Below are positions 1 to 7,063 of a stretch of DNA of 31,242 nt, in pieces; position 1 is the first letter of the stretch; every line of letters starts with the position of its first letter. Source of the stretch: Alcaligenaceae bacterium (GTDB lineage: Bacteria; Pseudomonadota; Gammaproteobacteria; Burkholderiales; Burkholderiaceae_B). The stretch spans positions 1 to 31,242 of the forward strand of contig CANCRX010000035.1 of the NCBI GenBank assembly GCA_947380655.1, written 5' to 3'. Under the pieces are notes generated by a model. The model saw only the letters and a program-made list of their open reading frames with translations, did not search any database and was not told the origin of the DNA. Both the position numbers and the translations under genes were made by a program.

Positions 1-683
1 GCTTCGAATTGTCGTTCTTCCCAAAGCGTGTGACGAAATTTTCTAATCCTCATCAACAGCCTTGCCTTCTTATGCCTTTCCTCAAGATCGCTACGAATCT
101 TTGAATTGTTGTTTTCAATTAGCTCATTGATTATGGTGCTTACTAGTGGTCGAATGTCATCTGCAATTGTTCGACGGTAGTAATAACCCACAACCAATTT
201 TGGCTTTCCTGTAGGCGTATATATCCATTGATCTTCATAATAAAACCATCCGCCTGTTTCATCCGTTCGCTGTTTTTCTTTTCGCTCACTTGCAGTTAGT
301 GGACGTTCACGTCGCGTAGTGGTTTCATCAATCCGCAATTGTTCCCGCGCACGTTCAAACTTAACTAATACTTTTTGGGTCAGATTTTGATACCCGTGTA
401 CCTGAACATATTTAAATTCAATCTCACAGCCATTGGCCTTCAACGTAGATAAAATTGCTTTCAATTTATCTGCTGACCAATCAATCATTTTCTCTGAGCA
501 TCTAATATACGCATTATGGTCTTGACCTCGTGGCATCCAAATCCCACGTTTATCAATAAAATGATTTGCTCGTAGATTTTTAATATATCCATCTATCTCT
601 TTGGATATTTCTGAATCATATTCAGGAACAAGGATGGAATCAGGTGTAATGGTACTGGTTGCATTCGATTGAGAATTAGTCAT
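1..683 (-). CDS. Hypothetical protein, 3-prime end cut by the window edge (at least 227 aa)
   Basis: Hand translation of the minus strand from ATG 683 to base 1 shows no stop (MTNSQSNATSTITPDSILVPEYDSEISKEIDGYIKNLRANHF...). GGAGGA lies 7 nt upstream of the ATG. It is absent from the ORF track because it runs off the window. No motif recognised. Confidence 0.7.
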   Translation of the reverse strand, partial: MTNSQSNATSTITPDSILVPEYDSEISKEIDGYIKNLRANHFIDKRGIWMPRGQDHNAYIRCSEKMIDWSADKLKAILSTLKANGCEIEFKYVQVHGYQNLTQKVLVKFERAREQLRIDETTTRRERPLTASERKEKQRTDETGGWFYYEDQWIYTPTGKPKLVVGYYYRRTIADDIRPLVSTIINELIENNNSKIRSDLEERHKKARLLMRIRKFRHTLWEERQFE

Positions 684-747
684 TAGCGTATCCTCCATTC
701 ATAAAGTCTTGCGTCAATTGATAACCAAAGAATCATCATCAGTCAAT

Positions 748-776
748 AAAAAAGCCCACCGTTTTTAAGGGTGGGC
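748..776 (-). terminator. Rho-independent terminator after the 188-aa gene
   Basis: On the minus strand: GCCCACC, a 9-nt loop, GGTGGGC, then TTTTTT. It shares an identical 18-nt string (aaaaaagcccaccgtttt) with the terminator at 1575-1604. Confidence 0.75.
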
Positions 777-786
777 TGTGCAAAGT

Positions 787-802
787 GTCCTTTCGAAAGG
801 AC
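787..802. repeat. Dispersed palindrome copy 1 (GTCCTTTCGAAAGGAC)
   Basis: Perfect 16-bp palindrome, intergenic. It lies between the stop of the 188-aa gene and its terminator. Confidence 0.9.
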
Positions 803-844
803 GAAACCGAAATAGTTTTTACACCTACTTATCAAAGGACGAGT

Positions 845-1411
845 CTACCAAGCATGCGGTATCAAGACTTTTTTGATTACTGCGAGTTGATCCTCAAGGA
901 TTGCGCTGCCATATTCATCATTCAGTTGTTGCAACCACATACATTGTCGATTTAGCTGCTCGCTGTAAGCCGGCAAATCTTTGCTCATTCTCAGAACTTT
1001 GTAGTGCAAATCGGCAGCGTCGTGCAACATTCCATCAACTTTTTTAATGTGCAACAACAACCTAACACTAGCAAATAAATCACAAAATGAGCTTGATGTG
1101 ACGTTCACGCAGGCCAGTACATCATGTTCTTGATCTTGCAGCGTAAGCATAGTTGATTTAGCGTCGTCGCTTAGCTGATGGACGGTAACGTCTGATTCAA
1201 AAAATACTTCATCAAGTAAAACAAATGCGTATGCCATAGTTAGAAACAAGGTTTTTTTATGTTTAGTCGTTCTAAGAAGATCTGGATTGATTTTTCTGAT
1301 TTGCGAGGAATCAGTTAGTGACAGAATGGCATTGGCATCAAGAGATGAAGAGGCCCGCATCACCAACACTTTTCCAAAGTCGCAATAGCGTTTGTTAGGG
1401 AAAGAACTCAT
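845..1411 (-). CDS. Hypothetical protein (188 aa)
   Basis: ORF track entry. GGAG lies 6 nt upstream of ATG 1411 and a terminator follows downstream. No recognisable domain. Confidence 0.7.
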   Translation of the reverse strand: MSSFPNKRYCDFGKVLVMRASSSLDANAILSLTDSSQIRKINPDLLRTTKHKKTLFLTMAYAFVLLDEVFFESDVTVHQLSDDAKSTMLTLQDQEHDVLACVNVTSSSFCDLFASVRLLLHIKKVDGMLHDAADLHYKVLRMSKDLPAYSEQLNRQCMWLQQLNDEYGSAILEDQLAVIKKVLIPHAW

Positions 1412-1497
1412 GAGTTACTCCATATATTGACTGCATTGACAGATCGGCAGTAACAGCCTGTTGTGTTTCAAAAACTTAGAATCATTGTGTTGAAAAT

Positions 1498-1513
1498 GTC
1501 CTTTTGAAAGGAC
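1498..1513. repeat. Dispersed palindrome copy 2 (GTCCTTTTGAAAGGAC)
   Basis: 9-bp arms ATGTCCTTT/AAAGGACAT around a TG centre. It sits about 85 nt upstream of the 188-aa gene start. Confidence 0.9.
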
Positions 1514-1574
1514 ATCTCCCTTTTTTGTAATACACATGCGCTGTTGCAAAACGACATGAAATTCAGTTGCCAAT

Positions 1575-1604
1575 AAAAAAAGCCCACCGTTTTCGTGAGT
1601 GGGC
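1575..1604 (-). terminator. Rho-independent terminator after the 125-aa gene
   Basis: On the minus strand: GCCCAC, an 11-nt loop, GTGGGC, then TTTTTTT. It is near-identical to the terminator at 748-776. Confidence 0.7.
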
Positions 1605-1625
1605 AATAGTGGTCGGATTGCAAAA

Positions 1626-2003
1626 TTAGCCTTCTTGATATCTCTTTTCAATCTTAATAATTACTTTGTTGAATTTTTCAATGTTGGCTTGCGATTCCGT
1701 GCCATCGCTAACATTTTCTACCGTGATCTCGCCATCAACATCTTTTAACCAAACGTAGTAACAAGCCTCGTCTGGGCGGTGCATGATGACGTTTCCAAAA
1801 GTGTCGTGTTCTGGAAATTCAAACCCAAGCTTGCCAGAATCTTTGTGAACAAAAATCGCGTAGCTGTGCCACGTGGGGTCTTCGTTGCCATCATCGTCGA
1901 CACCATGCCCATCAAAGACGATGCTGACCGCTTCGTAATAATCCCCACACTCGTGAAATGCGGTTGCCCACTGTCCAAGAATCTGTTCTGAGTCGTATTG
2001 CAT
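1626..2003 (-). CDS. Hypothetical small acidic protein (125 aa)
   Basis: ORF track entry. AGGAG lies 6 nt upstream of ATG 2003. The sequence is D/E-rich (DGHGVDDDGNEDPTW). No recognisable domain. Confidence 0.7.
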   Translation of the reverse strand: MQYDSEQILGQWATAFHECGDYYEAVSIVFDGHGVDDDGNEDPTWHSYAIFVHKDSGKLGFEFPEHDTFGNVIMHRPDEACYYVWLKDVDGEITVENVSDGTESQANIEKFNKVIIKIEKRYQEG

Positions 2004-2062
2004 GAATAGCTCCTAAAAAAATAATCAATTAAATTGAATTCGCAGCGCAATTAGTAACCATT

Positions 2063-2078
2063 GTCCTTTTGAAAGGAC
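2063..2078. repeat. Dispersed palindrome copy 3 (GTCCTTTTGAAAGGAC)
   Basis: Lies 5 nt after the ATPase stop codon and about 60 nt upstream of the 125-aa gene start. Confidence 0.9.
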
Positions 2079-2083
2079 ATAAC

Positions 2084-2749
2084 CTACGCAGCCTCAGGCC
2101 GCGCACGATCAATGCCAACTTGAAGAACTGTGTTGATGATTTCACGTGCAGAACCTTTACACGCAGCAATAATTGGTAACAGCACCGAATCGGGTAAAGA
2201 TGCTGCACCACATGCTGCCAAGATACGATGGCACAATGGCAACCAGTCTTTATCAGCCGCTGCATTCATCTCAATAAGATGACAGCGATTCTGCACGCCT
2301 TGATCTATCTGCGTGATGTAGTTTGTGGTCATAATCCAAATCACATCTTTGCGATTCATAATTGACTTCAGGTGCAGCTGAGCATTAGCGGTCAAGTTAT
2401 CAATCTCATCCAGCACGATGTAATGACGACCGCTGACATTCATTGACACGAACGTGGTTTGCTGATCAAGCCGATTAATCAGTGCGGGGCCATTGCCACC
2501 AGCTACGCAAGGCTCAAAATGCCAGTTCGCCGTGTTGCCAAACTGCGTTGCCTCCATCAAGTCAGGAATCATCTTTGCCGCTGTTGTCTTACCCGTGCCC
2601 CAAGTGCCCCAAAGCAGGATGCCGCATTTGCCAAAAGCGGGAAACGGATAGCTACCTTTCACCAAGTTATCCAGCAAGGGCTTTGACTTGGCATTACCAA
2701 ACACTAAATCGCCAATTGTTTTAGGCGCAAAATCTTCTTCGTTGAACAT
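2084..2749 (-). CDS. AAA+ ATPase with clamp-loader (RFC small subunit / DnaX / gp44-like) motif layout, lacking a collar domain (221 aa)
   Basis: Walker A GTWGTGKTT, Walker B YIVLDEID, sensor-1 MTTN, SRC-like QNRC and a GDxR-like GSAREIIN. GGAGAA lies upstream of ATG 2749. At 221 aa it is about 100 aa shorter than canonical clamp-loader subunits. Confidence 0.8.
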   Translation of the reverse strand: MFNEEDFAPKTIGDLVFGNAKSKPLLDNLVKGSYPFPAFGKCGILLWGTWGTGKTTAAKMIPDLMEATQFGNTANWHFEPCVAGGNGPALINRLDQQTTFVSMNVSGRHYIVLDEIDNLTANAQLHLKSIMNRKDVIWIMTTNYITQIDQGVQNRCHLIEMNAAADKDWLPLCHRILAACGAASLPDSVLLPIIAACKGSAREIINTVLQVGIDRARPEAA

Positions 2750-2781
2750 CGCGTTCTCCAGTTTTATTTAATAAGGGGGCG

Positions 2782-2804
2782 ATGGGGGGCGCCGCGCCCC
2801 CCAT
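2782..2804. other. GC-rich 23-bp palindrome/hairpin between the 279-aa gene and the ATPase gene
   Basis: ATGGGGGGCGC-C-GCGCCCCCCAT, that is 11-bp arms with one central base. It lies inside an otherwise AT-rich spacer and has no clean U-tract on the minus strand. Confidence 0.7.
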
Positions 2805-2811
2805 GTTTTGC

Positions 2812-3651
2812 TTAGGCTGCGAGCTTGTGATTGACAGCCGCGTCTTTCAGCTCAGCCAGCGAAGCCTGAGCTTTTGCTGTCTGCAGCTCATCAGCCGCCG
2901 TCTTCAGGCCGTCCTTGTTAGCAGCGAAGTACGCCGCCAGTGCTGCGTTAACCGCAGTTGTGCTTTTAACCACACAGTTGACAGAGAAGCTGCCATCCGC
3001 CTCTTGCGTGAGAACTGCAGCGAACTGCTCGCCCGTGTTTTCAGGATTGAACTGCTTGCCCAACTCTGCGCTCTGTACAGTTGCCAGTACTGCCTGATTG
3101 ACCTGACCGCCAGCCAGCGCGGCCTTTTCTTTTGCAGTCAAACTGCCCGCAGGACGACCCAGCGAGATCTCCTGTACCCCACCAGCCTCAGCGATCTTTG
3201 CAGGCACATCCGCCACCATCCACTTCTGCGCGATGATGTAGCGCAGCACCACGTGATAGGTTGAAATACGACGGCGATCCCGCTTGCCAAACACGCAGGC
3301 CACTATCTTTTGAGGCAACTGCTTGTCCTCGTAACCGCTCAAGCCACTCAGCGACAGATAGTCCGCCAGTCCTTGCTTTCTGTGTTTCAGGTTGCCGTCT
3401 GCGTTGTTAGTCAGGTCTAAGTACAAGGCGTAGGCCTTTTGCAGCAACCCATAAAGCATTTTGTTTGCGTCAGCATACGCACCTGACTCCCAAACACCAG
3501 CCTCAACTGACAGCTGCCCGAGCCGCTCGCGAACTGCGAACGACTCTTTAGCCGAAGCTAGGTTAGGTACCGCTTGCAGCACTGCTGCGTTGTTGTTTGC
3601 TGTCGTAGCGACGACAGCGGGGCCCTGCACGAAGGTTGTTTCCATTTTCAT
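2812..3651 (-). CDS. Hypothetical alanine-rich protein (279 aa; start may be ATG 3645)
   Basis: ORF track entry and first gene of the minus-strand cluster. The GGAGA box abuts ATG 3651 and is better spaced for the third-codon ATG at 3645. The C-terminus looks like an Ala/Lys/Glu-rich coiled region. No recognisable domain. Confidence 0.7.
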   Translation of the reverse strand: MKMETTFVQGPAVVATTANNNAAVLQAVPNLASAKESFAVRERLGQLSVEAGVWESGAYADANKMLYGLLQKAYALYLDLTNNADGNLKHRKQGLADYLSLSGLSGYEDKQLPQKIVACVFGKRDRRRISTYHVVLRYIIAQKWMVADVPAKIAEAGGVQEISLGRPAGSLTAKEKAALAGGQVNQAVLATVQSAELGKQFNPENTGEQFAAVLTQEADGSFSVNCVVKSTTAVNAALAAYFAANKDGLKTAADELQTAKAQASLAELKDAAVNHKLAA

Positions 3652-3731
3652 TCTCCATTTATCGACTCAGCGGTTGTGGCGAAGTTGCCGTTGATTTGTG
3701 CTTTGTCGATGAAGAGCATTAAATCAGTTGT

Positions 3732-3766
3732 AACTGTTACTTTTAATAATTTATAAAAACTGTTAC
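3732..3766. promoter_or_regulatory. Two direct AACTGTTAC repeats in the divergent promoter region (candidate operator)
   Basis: AACTGTTAC occurs at 3732-3740 and 3758-3766, 26 bp apart start to start. The first overlaps a CAGTT-GT-AACTG palindrome. Both lie directly upstream of ATG 3777. Confidence 0.35.
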
Positions 3767-3776
3767 ATTTTGTGAA

Positions 3777-4784
3777 ATGAAAGAAAAAAATAGACTGTTT
3801 TTCAAAGGCTTACCTGGTTATTCCCGTCGGGACGATGCCATTTCGGAAGACGAGGCACGCGATACCGCTTACTACTGGTGGTGGCGTTTTATGCACCTTA
3901 GCCCCGTGTTTTGGTACGCAAAGCAGACGGGACACACGCCATCTGACCCATTGGTAGCCGAAACACTTGAGAAATGTGGTGATCTTTTTGGCGGCAATTT
4001 TTACAAATGGTGGAACGTCACAGGCAAGCCGATCTTTTCCGAGGCCAAGCGGCCGTCACAAGTCAGGCTCATTGACCTTGAGCAAATGGATGCAATTGAG
4101 CTATATGAGCGCAGCGTGATTGTTGAAATTCCGTTGACCATACGAAAGGCAACCATCGTCAGCCAACTCAAAAAGCTATTGGCTGCGGTGCAAGATGATG
4201 GAAACCCGATTCACGAGGGGCGTGCGTTGAATGTGACCGCAACCAGCACGGCTCAACTGCGGCTGCATACCAAGAGATTTAACAAGAGGACGCTTGAATT
4301 TGAATACTGGGTAATGATTTATCGCTTGTTGTATCCAAAAATTGAGATATGGCGCATTGGTGATCGCCTTCGTGTGGCGCCAAGTCTCAAAGTGCGCGGC
4401 GTTGAGCGAGGGGTGTTTGGGACGAGCGGTAGCACTCCATTTGCTCAATTGCACAGCGTCACTGGGCGCTATTTGTATAAGGCCGAGCGCACCATACTAA
4501 ACGCAGAGCGAGGATCGTTTCCAAACTTCAGCAAAGTCGCCTTGCCCGATACCTACCTGCCTTTTGGCAAGAAGTACGATCAAGACTTTAGAGCCGCCAT
4601 CGGCCAAGTACCCAATGAGCCAGCCGTCTGGGTAGCATGGTTACACGAACAGTATGCCGATGAGCTGACAAGGCGTGTGCTTCAGGTTAATCGTGCCGAG
4701 CCAGAATATCGTCTGCCTGATAGTCTCGTAAGACAAAGACTACCAGCGTTTATGGCGGGCACTAGCGATCAATTGAAGAGCTGA
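3777..4784 (+). CDS. Hypothetical protein with a Trp-rich N-terminal motif (335 aa)
   Basis: ORF track entry, long clean ORF divergent from the 279-aa gene. The RBS is weak. The N-terminal AYYWWWRFMHLSPVFWY motif is unrecognised. Confidence 0.65.
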   Translation: MKEKNRLFFKGLPGYSRRDDAISEDEARDTAYYWWWRFMHLSPVFWYAKQTGHTPSDPLVAETLEKCGDLFGGNFYKWWNVTGKPIFSEAKRPSQVRLIDLEQMDAIELYERSVIVEIPLTIRKATIVSQLKKLLAAVQDDGNPIHEGRALNVTATSTAQLRLHTKRFNKRTLEFEYWVMIYRLLYPKIEIWRIGDRLRVAPSLKVRGVERGVFGTSGSTPFAQLHSVTGRYLYKAERTILNAERGSFPNFSKVALPDTYLPFGKKYDQDFRAAIGQVPNEPAVWVAWLHEQYADELTRRVLQVNRAEPEYRLPDSLVRQRLPAFMAGTSDQLKS

Positions 4785-4816
4785 GGGCGAGGGTTAGATA
4801 GTCACGATTAGGTAAT

Positions 4817-4832
4817 GTCCTTTCAAAAGGAC
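4817..4832. repeat. Dispersed palindrome copy 4 (GTCCTTTCAAAAGGAC)
   Basis: Lies between the convergent stops of the 335-aa gene (4784) and the recombinase gene (4834). Confidence 0.9.
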
Positions 4833-4833
4833 A

Positions 4834-5502
4834 CTACATCAATTCCACAGCCTTGCGCTTCTGGTCGTCATTGACGTCTATGTAGGCCTGGGTGGTCGCG
4901 ATCGAACGGTGGCCTGCCAAACTTGCTAACACACGCACAGAGATGCCTTGCGCGGCTAAGTTGGTAATGAATGTGCGGCGCATTGAATGGCTGCTTGCAC
5001 CTTCTATGCCAGCACGACGAAATATCCAAAACAAGTGTTGCGTCAGTGTGTTGGCACTAAAGCCATCGCACAGGTGCTTCTGTGTGTAAAACAGTTTGTC
5101 GTTGGGGTGCAGCGTTTTGGTTGCAGTGATGTAAGTGGTCAATTCCTTACGCAGCTTCTCGCTAATGAACACCGTTCTTGCATGACCGCCTTTTGTTTGA
5201 TCGGGGCGCAGTACAAATTCACTGCGTACATTGCGATTGGCGTCCACGACGTCTGACAGGCGCAGGCTCGCGGCCTCTCCAACTCTCAGACCAGCGTACA
5301 GCATCAGCGTGATGATTGAGCGATTGCGGGCGGCGTGCTGTCTCGTTGCACAGTAATCCAGTACACGCCTGATGTCTTGGGGCGTTAACGTCTTTGCTTG
5401 TTTGCTCACTTTGGGCTTTCTCCCTAACCAATGAATAGCTAATGAATAAGCGTAAGTTCTTTTTATTTTTCGGACGACCTGTTTTTGGTTGATACCTAGC
5501 AT
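4834..5502 (-). CDS. Small tyrosine recombinase, catalytic domain only, FimB/FimE-like size (222 aa)
   Basis: Catalytic residues in order: R in LYAGLRVGEA, HxxR in HSMRRTF, then H...Y in LAGHRSIATTQAYIDV. The N-terminal stretch TLTPQDIRRVLDYCATRQHAARN resembles the FimB region THSEIESLLKAANTGPHAARN, which I quote from memory. There is no separate core-binding/arm domain. GGAAGGA lies 7 nt upstream of ATG 5502. Confidence 0.85.
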   Translation of the reverse strand: MLGINQKQVVRKIKRTYAYSLAIHWLGRKPKVSKQAKTLTPQDIRRVLDYCATRQHAARNRSIITLMLYAGLRVGEAASLRLSDVVDANRNVRSEFVLRPDQTKGGHARTVFISEKLRKELTTYITATKTLHPNDKLFYTQKHLCDGFSANTLTQHLFWIFRRAGIEGASSHSMRRTFITNLAAQGISVRVLASLAGHRSIATTQAYIDVNDDQKRKAVELM

Positions 5503-5636
5503 TTGTGATTCCTTCCAGTTTTCAATGACTTATGTGGTGTTTAGGGGCAAGACCAAAGGTTCTTGTTATTACCTTTGTTTTTTATTTCTGGCAGTTCTGT
5601 GGCTCTTTTCCCACGAATTACCAAGACGCAATAAAA

Positions 5637-5709
5637 AGCCCTACACGCAGTTATTTAGTTCGCCAGCTACCCGAGTATTCGGAAACTGGAGATCTTTGCT
5701 TGTAGGGCT
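5637..5709 (-). terminator. Possible terminator with an unusually large loop after the 149-aa gene
   Basis: On the minus strand: AGCCCTAC, a 57-nt loop, GTAGGGCT, then TTTTTATT. The stem is only 8 bp, so this call is weak. Confidence 0.3.
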
Positions 5710-5732
5710 GATTTGCGGGGACAGTTATGCGA

Positions 5733-6182
5733 CTACCAGTCTGCTAGCTCCCCATTTGTGGCCAGCAGCAATGGTGCGTTCTCGTGCGTCTTGATACAAG
5801 TCTTTATGGGCAACTGCCAAACCTGTTCAATGCCTGCATCTGCGTCGGTGACGGCAAGCAGTAACTTATTGTTGACGAGATCACAAATGCCCGCGCCATA
5901 CACGAAAGTCTTTTGTTTAGTAACGGCGTTGTATCTGTAGACCCAACTGACAAGGTCATTGGCAGAACAGGATTCGGCTACTTCGTTAAGAATGGCGATC
6001 TGCTGATCACTGTTAGCAGAATGCTCCCACTTGGCATAGGGGTAGAAGTCCAATAAATACTTTGTATGGGGATCTTTTATCTCAGCACTGGCGTTAAACA
6101 CTGCTGTGTGAAAGAGACCCTTGCCGTACGTGGTACCGAGCTTTTTATTTTCAAATAAGCGGACTGCGATTTTCTTTTCCAT
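5733..6182 (-). CDS. Hypothetical protein (149 aa)
   Basis: ORF track entry. AAGGAG lies upstream of ATG 6182. It is divergent from the 145-aa gene across the iteron region. No recognisable domain. Confidence 0.7.
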   Translation of the reverse strand: MEKKIAVRLFENKKLGTTYGKGLFHTAVFNASAEIKDPHTKYLLDFYPYAKWEHSANSDQQIAILNEVAESCSANDLVSWVYRYNAVTKQKTFVYGAGICDLVNNKLLLAVTDADAGIEQVWQLPIKTCIKTHENAPLLLATNGELADW

Positions 6183-6211
6183 ATTTTTTCTCCTTGAAAT
6201 TGATGGATTTG

Positions 6212-6426
6212 TTTTACGAGTCGCATTGGTTGCTTGAAGTCGCAGAGACCAAGAAAGAAGTTGCTTGTCACTGGTTGCTTGTTACTAGGTCACATGAGTT
6301 TTGTAAGTCGCTGTGTTGCAGTCACAGCTACTCATTTGTCCCACAGCAGTAACTAGCAACACACTAGCAACTAGCAACTTCTTTTCTTCTAGCTACTCAA
6401 AGCAACTCCCTAAGCAACTCGTAAAA
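6212..6426. repeat. 215-bp iteron-filled quasi-palindrome (candidate origin, operator array or recombination site)
   Basis: Outer perfect 10-bp inverted repeat TTTTACGAGT (6212-6221) / ACTCGTAAAA (6417-6426). Middle perfect 12-bp inverted repeat AAAGAAGTTGCT (6254-6265) / AGCAACTTCTTT (6373-6384). Inner 12-bp inverted repeat with 1 mismatch (6275-6286 / 6348-6359). GTTGCT occurs 3 times forward (6229, 6260, 6274) and AGCAAC 5 times (6355, 6366, 6373, 6401, 6413). The asymmetric centre spans 6287-6347. Confidence 0.85.
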
Positions 6427-6568
6427 ATATTTATGCCTCGGAAAAGAAAACTGTAAATAAATCCACCTGATTTCTTAGTTATTTGCCATCTTTTGGACAA
6501 ATTGGTCGTGATCTTTCGCATCTGACAATAAAGTTTGTGCGTGCCCAATCAACATATAGGAGAAAGAT

Positions 6569-7006
6569 ATGAGCGCACTCACAAATCTGAAGTTGAGCAC
6601 GACCCGACGCACGGCTGCATTAGCACCCATACAAATTCGTCGCAATAAATTGGTTGGCAAACTGGCTGATCAAATTCAACTGGCACTTGCCCAACAACGG
6701 GGTGAAACCTACAGCAACACCCGCTTCAAAACTGTTGCCAGCGATGATGGGGGGCGCAAAACTGTTGAGATACAGCGGCGTGTACGCCCCATGTGGTGGT
6801 CAAACTTGGATGGCAAGATTTGCCTGACAGTTCGCTATGGGGCAAAGCCATTGGAGTTAAGCAAGGGCAAGCCTACAGTAGAAGTTGGCGCAGCCGATCA
6901 TCTTGTTGGCATCTTGGAGATCATCAAAAAGGCCGTTGAGACTGGCGAACTTGATGCTCAGATCGAGGCCGCAAGCGGCGCATTGCGATCGGGCTTTAAG
7001 CGTTGA
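6569..7006 (+). CDS. Hypothetical protein (145 aa)
   Basis: ORF track entry. AGGAGA lies 5-6 nt upstream of ATG 6569. I have a vague memory of similar conserved hypotheticals on proteobacterial islands, but this is unverified. Confidence 0.7.
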   Translation: MSALTNLKLSTTRRTAALAPIQIRRNKLVGKLADQIQLALAQQRGETYSNTRFKTVASDDGGRKTVEIQRRVRPMWWSNLDGKICLTVRYGAKPLELSKGKPTVEVGAADHLVGILEIIKKAVETGELDAQIEAASGALRSGFKR

Positions 7007-7047
7007 CTACGAGCGTTCCGTTTAGGGACGCTCAATCGTCTGGTTTT

Positions 7048-7063
7048 GTCCTTTCGAAAGGAC
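7048..7063. repeat. Dispersed palindrome copy 5 (GTCCTTTCGAAAGGAC)
   Basis: Perfect 16-bp palindrome between the 145-aa gene stop and the 52-aa ORF start. Confidence 0.9.

Noticed and set aside
1415-1651. 78-aa minus-strand ORF between the 125-aa and 188-aa genes
   Set aside because: It reads through a rho-independent terminator and palindrome copy 2. The real spacer is regulatory DNA.
5554-5587. Plus-strand terminator-like hairpin (CAAAGGT-N10-ACCTTTG followed by TTTTTTATTT) upstream of the recombinase gene
   Set aside because: There is no plus-strand gene upstream for it to terminate. It might end a short antisense or small RNA or act as an insulator, but with a 7-bp stem I do not consider it a supported feature.
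6212-6426. CRISPR-like array
   Set aside because: The repeats are only 6-12 bp, lie in both orientations and have no regular spacer length. This is not a CRISPR array.
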